A DNA stretch of 36,007 bases from a virus: the UHGV virus genome UHGV-0135626; one strand, 5' to 3'. Position 1 is the stretch's first letter. Every line of letters starts with the position of its first letter. The translations under genes were made by a program, and so were the position numbers. The notes beneath the pieces are model-generated. The model was not told the origin of the DNA. It was given only the letters and a program-made list of their open reading frames with translations, and did not search any database. Shown here in pieces: positions 16,499-26,600 of this stretch.

Positions 16499-19400
16499 AT
16501 GTCACAAAACGTAGAGTTTATCCTGTCGCTGGAAGACAAACAGTTTACAGCGTCAATCGATCGTGCGGGGAAACTGCTTACTCGATTTGGTGAGCAGGTA
16601 ACAAAGCCTGCTCAAAAAATCCAAACCTTTGAACGCTCTTTGGGTTCGGTCGCCCGTATCATTGGCGTTCTGGAAAGCAAGCTCGATTCTACGGCAGATA
16701 AACTACAGGATGTAGCTGCCGGTTTTGAGCTTGCTTCAGATGCTACGCGTAAAATGCGTGGCAACATCACCAGCCTCAATTCTGGTCTTAAAGCCCTGAT
16801 TGAGCGCGTCGATACGACAACTTCTTCAGTAGATAAACTCACCGCGTCATTACGTAAAGTGCAATCAGAGCTAAATGATTTCTCTGATTGGGCGACCTAT
16901 GCAAGCAAAAGCGCAAGCCGCTTTGGTACGGAGGTCAAAGAAGCCTCTGCGTCCGTGAGTGGCATGAATACGCGTCTTAATACCACGACGAAGCGACTCA
17001 GTAATTGGGGTGTCACGACGAGTCAGGCTGCCGAGGGACTGAAAAAGGTTCGTGAGCAGATGGACGAAGTTATCGGACGTCAGCAACTGATTAGCAAGCC
17101 GGTACGCGTTCGTACATCTGGAAGTGGCGATGGTGGTAGCGGGCGGCGTAGCGGCGCTTCTGGCCATAGCGGTAAAAGTAACGAAGGAGGTATGTTCTCT
17201 GGCCTTCGTGGCAACATTTTCCTGCTTGGCGAGATCGGAGATGCAGCCAGAACGGTTACTGACATCATGTTTGGGTGGCAGAAGCCTATTGTTGAAGCTG
17301 CGGCCGAAATGGAACGTATGCGGGTGATGCTTCGAGGGTTGAATAAGGAGAAGTCCAACCCGGGCCAGGCTGCCGCTGATGATATGAAGTACATCGTAGA
17401 CATGGCGCAAAATGCGCCGTTCGCGATGCAGGCGTTAACAGATTCCTTCGTGAAGTTTCGTTCTGCTGGCTTAGATCCAACCGATGGTTCTCTGAAGGCG
17501 CTGGTGGACTCCGTTGCTCGTTTTGGTGGTGATAGTGAGCTGTTGAAACGTGCGGCTGTGGCCGTTCAGCAGATGTCCGGTAAGGGCGTTGTGTCAATGG
17601 AAGAACTACGTCAGCAATTAGGTGAAGCCGTTCCTAACGCGATGCAGGCAATGGCAGACGCCGCAGGCATCACTATGGGGGAACTGACTAAAGCCGTTGC
17701 CAGCGGTACGGTTGAGGCAAAACAGGCGTTGTCTCTGATGTTTGTTGGTCTGCGTGCGGAGAATGAGAACGCAGCGAAAGACATGATGCAAACCTACACA
17801 GGTGCGCTGGCGCAACTTCAGACGTCATTCACGTTATTTGCTGATCGGGTTGGTCAGGCCGGATATCTGGATTCTCTATCGAAGGGGATGAAAGAACTGG
17901 CTTCAATCATGAATAGCGCCGAAGGGATTTCGTTTGCCAATTCTTTAGGCTCGGGGTTAACGACGGCAATCGATGGGTTGCGTCAGCTTGCTCAATGGTT
18001 AGCAAAGAACCAAGAGCTGGTAATTAATCTCGGTAAGGTAGTGGCCGCGATGGTTGCGTTCAAACTGATGCGAGCAGGGATCATGGGGGTAGTTGGCGCA
18101 GGCAGCCAGATGGTTAGCACCTTTGCCACGATGGCGACCGCCATACAGACTCCATTTAACCTCGGCGCTACAGCAGTAACTCGATTCAATCGTGCGGCAC
18201 GTATGGGGCTGGCTCCGATCCCCTCTCTTATTTTCGCCATCCGTGGGGCGATTACGGGGCTTAAAGGCGCTTTTGCTGGATTAACGGCGTTCATTGCAGC
18301 AAACCCTATAGGGGCAGCATTTACAGTTGCCACTGTAGCTGTTGCTGGCCTAATCACGTACATGACCATGCTCCGCAGCGAAACTTCAAAGGTCGTTGAC
18401 GAGATTAGGAAAATACCAGAGGCGATGACGGCGGCCAAACGTGCACAGATGGCGGAGTATAAAGCGCGTCTTGAGCAACAAATCACGCAAAAGGAACAAG
18501 AGTTAAAATCTGGCGAAAAGGTGGTTTATGGGCCGGGTATGGCCGGAACTACAGTAAAGATTAATCAGGATGAACGTAAGCGTATAGAAAATGAGCTAAA
18601 TGACCTTCGTAAGAAACGCGATAAAACTACTGGGGCAATTGAACGCGGAGACATTGCTGTAGCCAAACGTCTTGCAAAAGATGCGGCAGAATCACAGATA
18701 GAGAAAATACGGGAAGAGAATAGAGACTTTGCGGCAACATTCGTGAAAGCCCGGCAAGAGGCTCTGGATAAGATCCAGAAAATCTATGATGACGGTTCAC
18801 TTTCAGATGACGAAAAGAACAAGCTATTGGCACCGTTACGTGAAACGGTAAACAAAAGCTATCTGGAGCCTGCGCAAAAACTGGTTGATTCACTTTCTTC
18901 TCGTAAGAATGCGACCGAGAAGCAAATTGCGACTCTTAATGATCAGCTTGAAAAAGCCAAAAAGGATGGAAATACCGAGCAGATCCAGAAACTGCAAGGC
19001 AGTATTCGTGGTTATCAGGAGCATTTGGAAGCCGTTGCTCAGGAGCTGACTCAGGCAGAGTTCGAGAGAGATAACGCGGCCAAAACTGGTAAGGGCGTAA
19101 TGTCAAACCAGGGGACTGTTCTTGGGTTAGGTACAACTGATAAAGCTGCTCAGAAGGCGCTGGCGCAATATATGCGAAACCAGATGGATTCTGCGACTTA
19201 TCAACGTACTTTGCCTGACGGCACTCCGATGATGGACTTCGAAGGTAAGCCGATTATTGGGCCTAAACAACTCAAGACGCAGCTTAATTTGCAGAAAGCA
19301 TCCAGTGCCAGCTCTCTGGAGAAAATGAGCGATGAAGAGCGTGCCGCAGCCATTGCCGCACTTACTAAAGCTCGTGAACAGGATGCCGCAGCCGCCGAGA

Positions 19401-21058
19401 AAGCAGCCCAACGATCAGCTAATGCCTCGCAGCGTGCGGCCAAGAAAGAACAGGCAGCGCAACAGAAACTGGCGGCCGGATATCAGAAGGCTCTGGATAA
19501 AGCCGATCAGCTTATGGGGCAAATGGGTGAAAGCTCTAAGGCTACGGTATCGTTTGATCAGTCTCTTCGCGATACAACAAAATCGCTAACTGATTTGGCT
19601 AATGCGATTCCTAACGAGTTCATCACTCAAGAGATGATCGACAAGGCGAAAAAACGTCTTGAAGACCTCAAAAATGCGACACCTGAATATCGCGAGATGT
19701 TTAATCGCCGCAATGTTGAGCAGATGATCTCCACTTGGGCACCGGAGGCGGATTCCATTATTAGTGCTGGCTATACGCCGTCTCGTGAAGAGAAAGTTGC
19801 TGATTTCGAAGACACTTACAACCGCAATCTCAAAGCGTTGATAGAACTTCGTGATAAGGCGTCTGATCCTAAAGTCGTGGCGCTTTATACAAAGAAAATC
19901 AATCAACTTATTGCTGCTGGCAATACCGCGCTTATTAAAGAGACGGGGACTGCGACGCAGAAGTTGGCACTGGAATACGAAAGCCTGGCAGAGCAGATCG
20001 AAAGCACCTGGACTGATTTGTTTAGTGGCTTAACTGATGTCCTGACTGATTTCGTTATTAACGGGAAGATGAGCTTCTCCAGCCTGTCTCAGTCCATTTT
20101 GAAAGATATCACCAATATGGTCGTGAAGTCGCAGATCACGCTGCCTCTAATGAACATGTTGGGGATGGGAACCACCGCAGCTGGTAGTTCACAGAGTGGT
20201 AATTTACTGACCGGGGTTGCTTCCGCCGTTGCCAATCAAGGGGTACGAATGGGCAACACTGTTAACGGCGACAAGTCGGTAGGAGAAGCCACGAAGGAGA
20301 CGTCCAGTTCGGTAACTGGATTGGGGCAAACAACACAGCAGACCACCAGCGCAATTGGCACAGCAACAAATGCGATTGGTAGCTGGGTATCAGGGCTATT
20401 TGATAGCACCGAAGCCAAAGATGCTGAGACAAAAGCAGTGAAAGATTCCATCTTCTCGATGCAGAACCTCAGCTCTGTTACCGGCGCGCTGTCTGCCGCG
20501 TTTGCAATGCTTGGAGCTAATGCTTCAGGCTCTGGTAATAAGTGGTTGAATTTCGGCGCGACAGTTGCATCTGGGTTGGTTTCAGTATGGGCAGGTGGTG
20601 GTTTCGACAGTGTGACATCAAGCTCTGCTAAAACCGCAACCAGCAGTGTGGCTGACGGAACTAAAGGCATTCCAGCAATCCCGAAGTTTGCAAATGGAGG
20701 AATATTCGGAAAAGACGGCGTGATCCCGCTCCGGGCATACCAGAAAGGCGGTATTGCTAACTCACCTCAATTAGCGTTGTTTGGGGAAGGTTCTATGAAT
20801 GAGGCGTATGTTCCATTGCCTGATGGTCGAACAATCCCTGTAACGCTCAGTACCGATGGTATGAGTGGAGGAGGAAATGTTCTTTCTCCGGTATCAATTG
20901 AGATCAACGTCCATAGTGACGGTAGCACAACTGAATCCGGCGATACAGAAAGCATATGGAACAATGCCGCTCAACGGATGAAAGCAATCGCGCTTGAGAC
21001 TATCGCTCAAGAGAAACGCCCTGGCGGATCACTCAACCCAAACACTCAACGTAACTAA
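16499..21058 (+). CDS. Tail tape measure protein
   Basis: About 1520 aa, long helical Ala/Gln/Lys-rich protein downstream of the G/T pair; Gly-rich hydrophobic segments in the middle. Start taken at ATG 16499 (SD AGAGGA 10 nt upstream); the track ORF starts with TTG at 16478. Confidence 0.85.
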   Translation: MSQNVEFILSLEDKQFTASIDRAGKLLTRFGEQVTKPAQKIQTFERSLGSVARIIGVLESKLDSTADKLQDVAAGFELASDATRKMRGNITSLNSGLKALIERVDTTTSSVDKLTASLRKVQSELNDFSDWATYASKSASRFGTEVKEASASVSGMNTRLNTTTKRLSNWGVTTSQAAEGLKKVREQMDEVIGRQQLISKPVRVRTSGSGDGGSGRRSGASGHSGKSNEGGMFSGLRGNIFLLGEIGDAARTVTDIMFGWQKPIVEAAAEMERMRVMLRGLNKEKSNPGQAAADDMKYIVDMAQNAPFAMQALTDSFVKFRSAGLDPTDGSLKALVDSVARFGGDSELLKRAAVAVQQMSGKGVVSMEELRQQLGEAVPNAMQAMADAAGITMGELTKAVASGTVEAKQALSLMFVGLRAENENAAKDMMQTYTGALAQLQTSFTLFADRVGQAGYLDSLSKGMKELASIMNSAEGISFANSLGSGLTTAIDGLRQLAQWLAKNQELVINLGKVVAAMVAFKLMRAGIMGVVGAGSQMVSTFATMATAIQTPFNLGATAVTRFNRAARMGLAPIPSLIFAIRGAITGLKGAFAGLTAFIAANPIGAAFTVATVAVAGLITYMTMLRSETSKVVDEIRKIPEAMTAAKRAQMAEYKARLEQQITQKEQELKSGEKVVYGPGMAGTTVKINQDERKRIENELNDLRKKRDKTTGAIERGDIAVAKRLAKDAAESQIEKIREENRDFAATFVKARQEALDKIQKIYDDGSLSDDEKNKLLAPLRETVNKSYLEPAQKLVDSLSSRKNATEKQIATLNDQLEKAKKDGNTEQIQKLQGSIRGYQEHLEAVAQELTQAEFERDNAAKTGKGVMSNQGTVLGLGTTDKAAQKALAQYMRNQMDSATYQRTLPDGTPMMDFEGKPIIGPKQLKTQLNLQKASSASSLEKMSDEERAAAIAALTKAREQDAAAAEKAAQRSANASQRAAKKEQAAQQKLAAGYQKALDKADQLMGQMGESSKATVSFDQSLRDTTKSLTDLANAIPNEFITQEMIDKAKKRLEDLKNATPEYREMFNRRNVEQMISTWAPEADSIISAGYTPSREEKVADFEDTYNRNLKALIELRDKASDPKVVALYTKKINQLIAAGNTALIKETGTATQKLALEYESLAEQIESTWTDLFSGLTDVLTDFVINGKMSFSSLSQSILKDITNMVVKSQITLPLMNMLGMGTTAAGSSQSGNLLTGVASAVANQGVRMGNTVNGDKSVGEATKETSSSVTGLGQTTQQTTSAIGTATNAIGSWVSGLFDSTEAKDAETKAVKDSIFSMQNLSSVTGALSAAFAMLGANASGSGNKWLNFGATVASGLVSVWAGGGFDSVTSSSAKTATSSVADGTKGIPAIPKFANGGIFGKDGVIPLRAYQKGGIANSPQLALFGEGSMNEAYVPLPDGRTIPVTLSTDGMSGGGNVLSPVSIEINVHSDGSTTESGDTESIWNNAAQRMKAIALETIAQEKRPGGSLNPNTQRN

Positions 21059-21100
21059 CTATCGACTGCCCCGACCGGGGCAGTCTCACAAGGATGTGAG

Positions 21101-21436
21101 ATGGAAAGACAAACGTTTAATTGGTATCCAGATTACGAATCTGAAAAGAGCGTAAAACCGAATGTAACGGTACTTAATTTTGGTGATGACTACGAGCAGC
21201 GACAGGCTCAAGGTCTTAATCGTATTAAAGAAGAATGGTCGTTAACCTTTACCAGATCATACAACGAAATTAATGCAATCGATGACTTCCTGACTGAGCG
21301 ATCAGGTGTTGAATCGTTCTATTGGGTTAATCCAAGAGGCAAGCAGATTGTAGTTGTATGTGACAGTCATACGGTCAAGCGATATCAGGGGTACTGTGTC
21401 TTAACTGCTACATTCAGACAAGTATTTGAGGCTTAA
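21101..21436 (+). CDS. Minor tail protein (lambda gpM-like)
   Basis: 111 aa, first gene after the tape measure gene, size and position matching lambda M. SD AAGGA sits in the loop of a short inverted repeat CTCACA/TGTGAG. Confidence 0.65.
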   Translation: MERQTFNWYPDYESEKSVKPNVTVLNFGDDYEQRQAQGLNRIKEEWSLTFTRSYNEINAIDDFLTERSGVESFYWVNPRGKQIVVVCDSHTVKRYQGYCVLTATFRQVFEA

Positions 21437-21518
21437 GCATCTGGATAAGTAAGTACTAATTTACTATCATTGTGGCGCTGACAGGATGTTAGCGCCTACT
21501 TATTTCAAGGATGAAACA

Positions 21519-22217
21519 ATGGGAATTAAAGCTGATATTCAGAGCTTATCTCCCTCTGCACTCATTGAGTTGTTCGTACTGGATATGTCGAACACAACTT
21601 CAGGGGGGAAGCTATTCTTCCACGCCGGAACAAACGAACTGATGCAACCGGTCGTCTGGCAAGGAGTGACATACGAGCCGTGGCCAATCAAAGCATCAGG
21701 CTTTGACAAAACTGGCCAGGGAACGTTGCCACGTCCAAAAATTCAGGTATCGAACTTTGCCGGAACCGTCTCTGCGGAAGTTCAGGCAAACGACGATCTT
21801 GTTGGCTGCCGCATTATTCGCAAGATGACGCTGGCTCGCTTCCTCGATGCCGTTAATTTTAAAGACGGCAACCCAACAGCAGATCCAAACCAACATTTCC
21901 CGGATGAAATGTGGTTTATCGAACAGAAAACTCTCGAAACTCATCAGGTTGTCGAGTTTGAATTGTCCAGTGTGTTCGATTTGATGGGGGTGCAACTGCC
22001 GTATCGTCAGATCATTAAAAACACCTGCCCGTGGAAATACCGAGGGCCAGAATGCGGCTATACCGGCCCATATTTCGACAAAAATAACCAGCAGACGTCT
22101 ATGTCTGGTGCTGATTACTGCACAAAACGTTATGACGCCTGTAATGCGCGTCGGAATTATTTTGCCGACGGTGTGATCCATTTTGGCGGATTTATTGGAG
22201 CTACGCGGTATGGGTAA
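21519..22217 (+). CDS. Minor tail protein (lambda gpL-like)
   Basis: Start taken at ATG 21519 (MGIKADIQ) with SD AAGGA, giving 232 aa; the track ORF starts at 21486. Cys-rich C-terminal region; position between the M-like and K-like genes. Confidence 0.7.
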   Translation: MGIKADIQSLSPSALIELFVLDMSNTTSGGKLFFHAGTNELMQPVVWQGVTYEPWPIKASGFDKTGQGTLPRPKIQVSNFAGTVSAEVQANDDLVGCRIIRKMTLARFLDAVNFKDGNPTADPNQHFPDEMWFIEQKTLETHQVVEFELSSVFDLMGVQLPYRQIIKNTCPWKYRGPECGYTGPYFDKNNQQTSMSGADYCTKRYDACNARRNYFADGVIHFGGFIGATRYG

Positions 22218-23007
22218 TAAAGCAATCCCTGAGCTTGGCTCTGACGTTATGCAGCAAATCTATCTCTGCGCCATAAATCGCTACCCTAATGAAGCGTGTG
22301 GCTTTCTGGTTAGAACTAATGGCGACAAATATCGCTTTATGGAAGCGCGGAATGTATCGGAGAACCCGCAGAACACTTTTGTAATGCACGTTGACGACAT
22401 TATAGCGGCAGAGGATGCAGGTGACGTAATTGCAATCTGGCATTCACATACTGATGAATCAGCAGAAGCATCTGATGCCGATCGTGCTGGCTGTGAAGCG
22501 ACGGAAGTTCCGTGGATGATTCTGGCTATTCGCAAGAATGTTGAGGGAGATGCCCCTTTCCATTTTAGCGAGATGAATGTGATCACACCTGATGGTTTCG
22601 AAATGCCATACCTGGGCAGACCGTATATATTTGGCGTATTCGATTGCTGGATGTTGTGTCGGGACTATCTGAAGCGTGAGTTTAACGTCGAGCTTAACCC
22701 GAACGCACACCTGCATATCCCATCATGGTACACCGGCGATAACGACATTCTCGACAAGAACTACCGAAACGAAGGATTGGTACGGCTTGCGCCCGGAACA
22801 GAGCCTCAACGTGGGGACGTCTTCTTTATCCAATACGGAAAAATGCCCGATCACTGCGCGGTTTATATCGGCGATGGAATGATTCTTCATCACCAAATCG
22901 ACCGTCTTAGTTGTCGTGCTTATTACGGCGGAATGTATCAGAAACATACGACGCATCACTTGCGTCACAGAGACTTGCTCAAGGGAGATGAGACGTGTCT
23001 GAGTTAG
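22210..23007 (+). CDS. Tail assembly protein (lambda gpK-like) with JAB/MPN and NlpC/P60-like regions
   Basis: JAMM metalloprotease motif HSHTDESAEASD (H-x-H-x7-S-x2-D); downstream Cys and His residues consistent with an NlpC/P60 domain. Start at ATG 22210 (SD GGAG 9 nt upstream) preferred over the track start 22183. Confidence 0.75.
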   Translation: MGNKAIPELGSDVMQQIYLCAINRYPNEACGFLVRTNGDKYRFMEARNVSENPQNTFVMHVDDIIAAEDAGDVIAIWHSHTDESAEASDADRAGCEATEVPWMILAIRKNVEGDAPFHFSEMNVITPDGFEMPYLGRPYIFGVFDCWMLCRDYLKREFNVELNPNAHLHIPSWYTGDNDILDKNYRNEGLVRLAPGTEPQRGDVFFIQYGKMPDHCAVYIGDGMILHHQIDRLSCRAYYGGMYQKHTTHHLRHRDLLKGDETCLS

Positions 23008-23588
23008 TTCATGTGCAGCTTGGTGGCCCTATGGCCAAACATTTTGGCCGCCACTGGCATCTAAAGGTGCGCAATACAAAACAGGCTCTGGATTTAATTG
23101 AGGCCAACAAGCCAGGGTTTAAAGCATGGATGAAGCGCAACATCAAAACCTATGACAGATACCACATCCAGATCACCAATAAACAGGGCCACAAGTGGTC
23201 TGTGGACGAGAGTGAATATCAGATGATGGGGCAGTCTGACAACATTGCCAAAATCCGCATTACCCCTGTTCCGCGAGGAAGCGGCGGATCTGCTTTTGGG
23301 TGGTTTCAGACGGTAGTAGGGGCCGCTTTGTTGGTTGTATCGGCGGTAATGATGCCTGCTTTAGCACCTCTCGGTTTGTCACTAATGATGGGCGGCATAT
23401 CACAAATCATATCGCCGCAAGCCACTAACGAAAGTGTGAGACAGGCAGATAACTCGAACTCTTATTATTTCGACGGCCCTCAAAATACAGAAAACCAGGG
23501 CAACCCAGTACAACTTATCTATGGCGAGGAAATTCTGGTTGGCTCACAGGTTGTGAGTTCTTCAATCACGATTGACCAGCTAATGTAA
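22995..23588 (+). CDS. Tail assembly protein (lambda gpI-like)
   Basis: 197 aa, GTG start with SD AGGGAG 7 nt upstream, overlapping the K-like stop. Hydrophobic middle segment; position between the K-like and J-like genes. Confidence 0.65.
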   Translation: MSELVHVQLGGPMAKHFGRHWHLKVRNTKQALDLIEANKPGFKAWMKRNIKTYDRYHIQITNKQGHKWSVDESEYQMMGQSDNIAKIRITPVPRGSGGSAFGWFQTVVGAALLVVSAVMMPALAPLGLSLMMGGISQIISPQATNESVRQADNSNSYYFDGPQNTENQGNPVQLIYGEEILVGSQVVSSSITIDQLM

Positions 23589-23605
23589 ACAAGGATTTTT
23601 TGAAC

Positions 23606-26600
23606 ATGGAACAGTTCAAGAAGAAAAAGCTACCGCTGTTTATTGCCGGTGCGGGTGGTAAAAAAAGCAGCAAAAGCTCCAGCCGTACACCGGTTGAAGC
23701 CGACGATACCGTAAATTCTCGTGCAATGGCCGCTATCCTCGATCTTCTTGGGGAAGGGGTAATTGGCGGTTTAGTAAATGGCGCAAGATCTATTTTTATC
23801 GACGATCTGCCGATTGTAAATGAAGACGGTTCCTCCAACTTCAGCGGAATCACATGGGATTTTCGCGACGGTTCGCAAGACCAGACTCCAATGTCTGGCT
23901 TTGATTTCGTTGAAACGCCTAAATCCGTCAATATCCAGTTAAAAAAAACACATTATGTAACGGTTTCAATCGATAACGATGAAGCTGATCGGGTTCGTGT
24001 CATCATAAAGTTTCCTTCTTTGCGAAGCATAGATAAAAAAACTGGTGACACGAACGGTACAACCGTTGAGTACAAGTTCCAGATAGCAAATGGCGACTCA
24101 ACATTTGTAGATGTGGTCGCAGAAGGTGAAAAAAGCGTTGGCATTAAGTTAACAGCAAAGAAGACAGGTGTTTATTACCGTAGCTATGAGCTGAAGCTGC
24201 CTAAGCCTGGACGCGCATACAAGGTTCGTGTAGTCCGTATTACCGATGATAACAGCAGCCAGTATCTCTATAACGATACATGGGTGGATTCAATAGGTGA
24301 GATTGTCGATACACCGATGAACTACCCAAACTCTGTGCTGGTGGGGTTGAAGGTTAATTCTGAGCAGTTCGGCAGCACTATGCCTTCTCGCTCTTATCTG
24401 GTGCGTGGCCTAAAAATTCGTGTGCCATCAAACTATAACGAATCCAGTAACACTTACGTTGGAGTATGGGACGGTACGTTTAAGCTGCTGTCTTCATCCA
24501 ATCCAGCCTGGATTCTTTTCGACCTGTTAACGAATGAACGATATGGGCTTGGCCAATTTGTATCAGAGTCCATGATTGACCTCGGCCAGCTGTACCAGAT
24601 CGGTCGATATTGTGACGAAGAGGTTGATGATGGCTTTGGTGGCAAAGAGAAACGTTTTGCAATCAATACGCAGATTACCAGTCGACAGGACGCATACCGA
24701 CTAATTCAGGATATTGCTGGAGCATTCCGCGGCATGGTGTTTTGGGCTGGTGGCATGGTTAACATCATGCAGGATAGCCCGTCAGATCCGGTAATGATGT
24801 TTACCAACTCTAACGTCAAAGATGGATTGTTTACCTATAAAGGTTCTGCGCGTAAAGATCGCCCATCCGTTGCGCTCGTAACCTACAACAACAAGGAGGA
24901 CGGTTATAAGCAAAACATCGAGTACGTTGAAGATCAGGACGCAATGCGCCGTTATGGTGAGCGTAAGACAGAAGTCGTAGCATTTGGCTGTACAAGCCGA
25001 GGCCAGGCCCACCGAGTTGGTTTATGGCTTTTGTATACAGCCAGAATGGAGTCGGATGTAATTACATTTACTGCCGGCTTAGATGCGTCATTCCTGATGC
25101 CTGGTGAAACCGTTCTGATTCAGAACAAATATCGCGCAGGCAAACGTAACTCAGGTCGAATTGTGGCGTTTACCAAAAACAGCGTCACACTCGATGCGCC
25201 TGTGTCGTTAGCCAAAGGCGGCTGCTTTATTCGAATACTGAATCAGGAAGGCAAAATCGTTGAACGCGATGTTCTTGAAACTGGCGAAAATATAACAAAA
25301 GTTACGTTTTCAAAAGCCCTGTCTTCGGCTGAAACGCCTGTTTTGAACGGCGTCTGGACTATTACAGAACCAGACCTCGAACCTATGCGCGTTCGCATTG
25401 TTAACATAGCACAGGGGGAAACGCCGGGTAGCTTTGACATCACCGCTGTTGAGAACAATCCGTCTAAATATGAGGCGATCGACAATGGTGCAACGCTTAT
25501 CCCGCAGAATACGACGGTATTGGACCCGACTTATTCCAAGCCGTCTAATTTGCAAATCACTGAAGGGACTTATCTCTCAAGCCCTGGCAACCTGTCAGTA
25601 AAACTGACTGCAACATGGGAAGGGAAATCTCCAGAGTATTGGATCAGTTGGCGACGTTCTGATGAAAACAATGTATCGAACTGGCAATCGGCGCGTGTAA
25701 CCGAAGAGCAATACGAAATCGTTAATGTTGCGGAGAATGGACGCTACGACTTCCAGCTGTATGCGGTTTCATTCAACGGTAAAAAAACAGAGATTATCAG
25801 TACCGTTTATCAGGTGCTGGGCACAATGACACCGCCAGATGCCCCAACGTCATTAACGGCCGTTGGAGACTATCGTAATGTGATACTGAATTGGGTTAAT
25901 CCAGATTCGGTAGACCTTGATCACATTAATGTTTACGCATCCCAGACCAACAATCTGGATACAGCGAAACTGATCGCAGAGTCTGCAAGCACCACCTTTA
26001 CACATGCTGGTCTTGGGGATAGCGAAACGTGGTATTACTGGGTTCGTGCGTCAAACAAGCGCGGTATGTTGAGTCCTCCGAACTCAAACTTGGGTACAGA
26101 GGCGACGACTCGCGATGTGCTGTCGTTCCTGACAGGCAAAATTACGTCTTCTGAACTTGGCCAGACTTTACTTGAGGAAATCGACTCAAAAGTATCTCAG
26201 GAGGCGGTGGATTCCATCTATCAACAGATGGAAGAAAGTCTGAAAATCCTCGATGACAAATTTACAGATGCCGATCAGCGGCTTGAAGAAGCTCAAAACA
26301 ATCTTAAAACGGAAGTTTCCGGTACTGTCAGCAAGGTGGAAGACGCGCTTAAGGAGGTTGCAAACTCTAACGCTGCCTTAATTCAGTTGCAGGAAACTGT
26401 ATCAGAGCAGGGTAAAGCTGTAGCTGGAGCTGTTGAGGCGGCAAATGCAGCACTTGACAATTCATCGGCTTTAATTGCGGAGGAGCGTGAAGCACGAGTT
26501 GAGGGTGACTTGGCAAACGCGAAAGAAATCGAGGCGATGAAGTCAACTGTAGATAGCAGTTTAGCCACCATTGAAGAAATGAAAAAAACCGTGGCTGAAG

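Noticed and set aside
16612-20964. Many minus-strand ORFs of 65-180 aa (e.g. 16871-17410, 17992-18486, 20236-20670) inside the tape measure gene
   Set aside because: All are antisense to, and fully contained within, a long gene with strong coding signal on the plus strand. They have no ribosome-binding sites and translate to low-complexity Ser/Ala/Pro-rich sequence.
21486-21518. Upstream extensions of track ORFs (also 14986, 13658, 22183, 32024, 32346, 34324 and the TTG starts at 16478, 23600, 31555)
   Set aside because: In each case a downstream ATG or GTG with a well-spaced Shine-Dalgarno gives a better start, and the trimmed size fits the expected protein; the upstream codons lack ribosome-binding sites or overlap the preceding gene.
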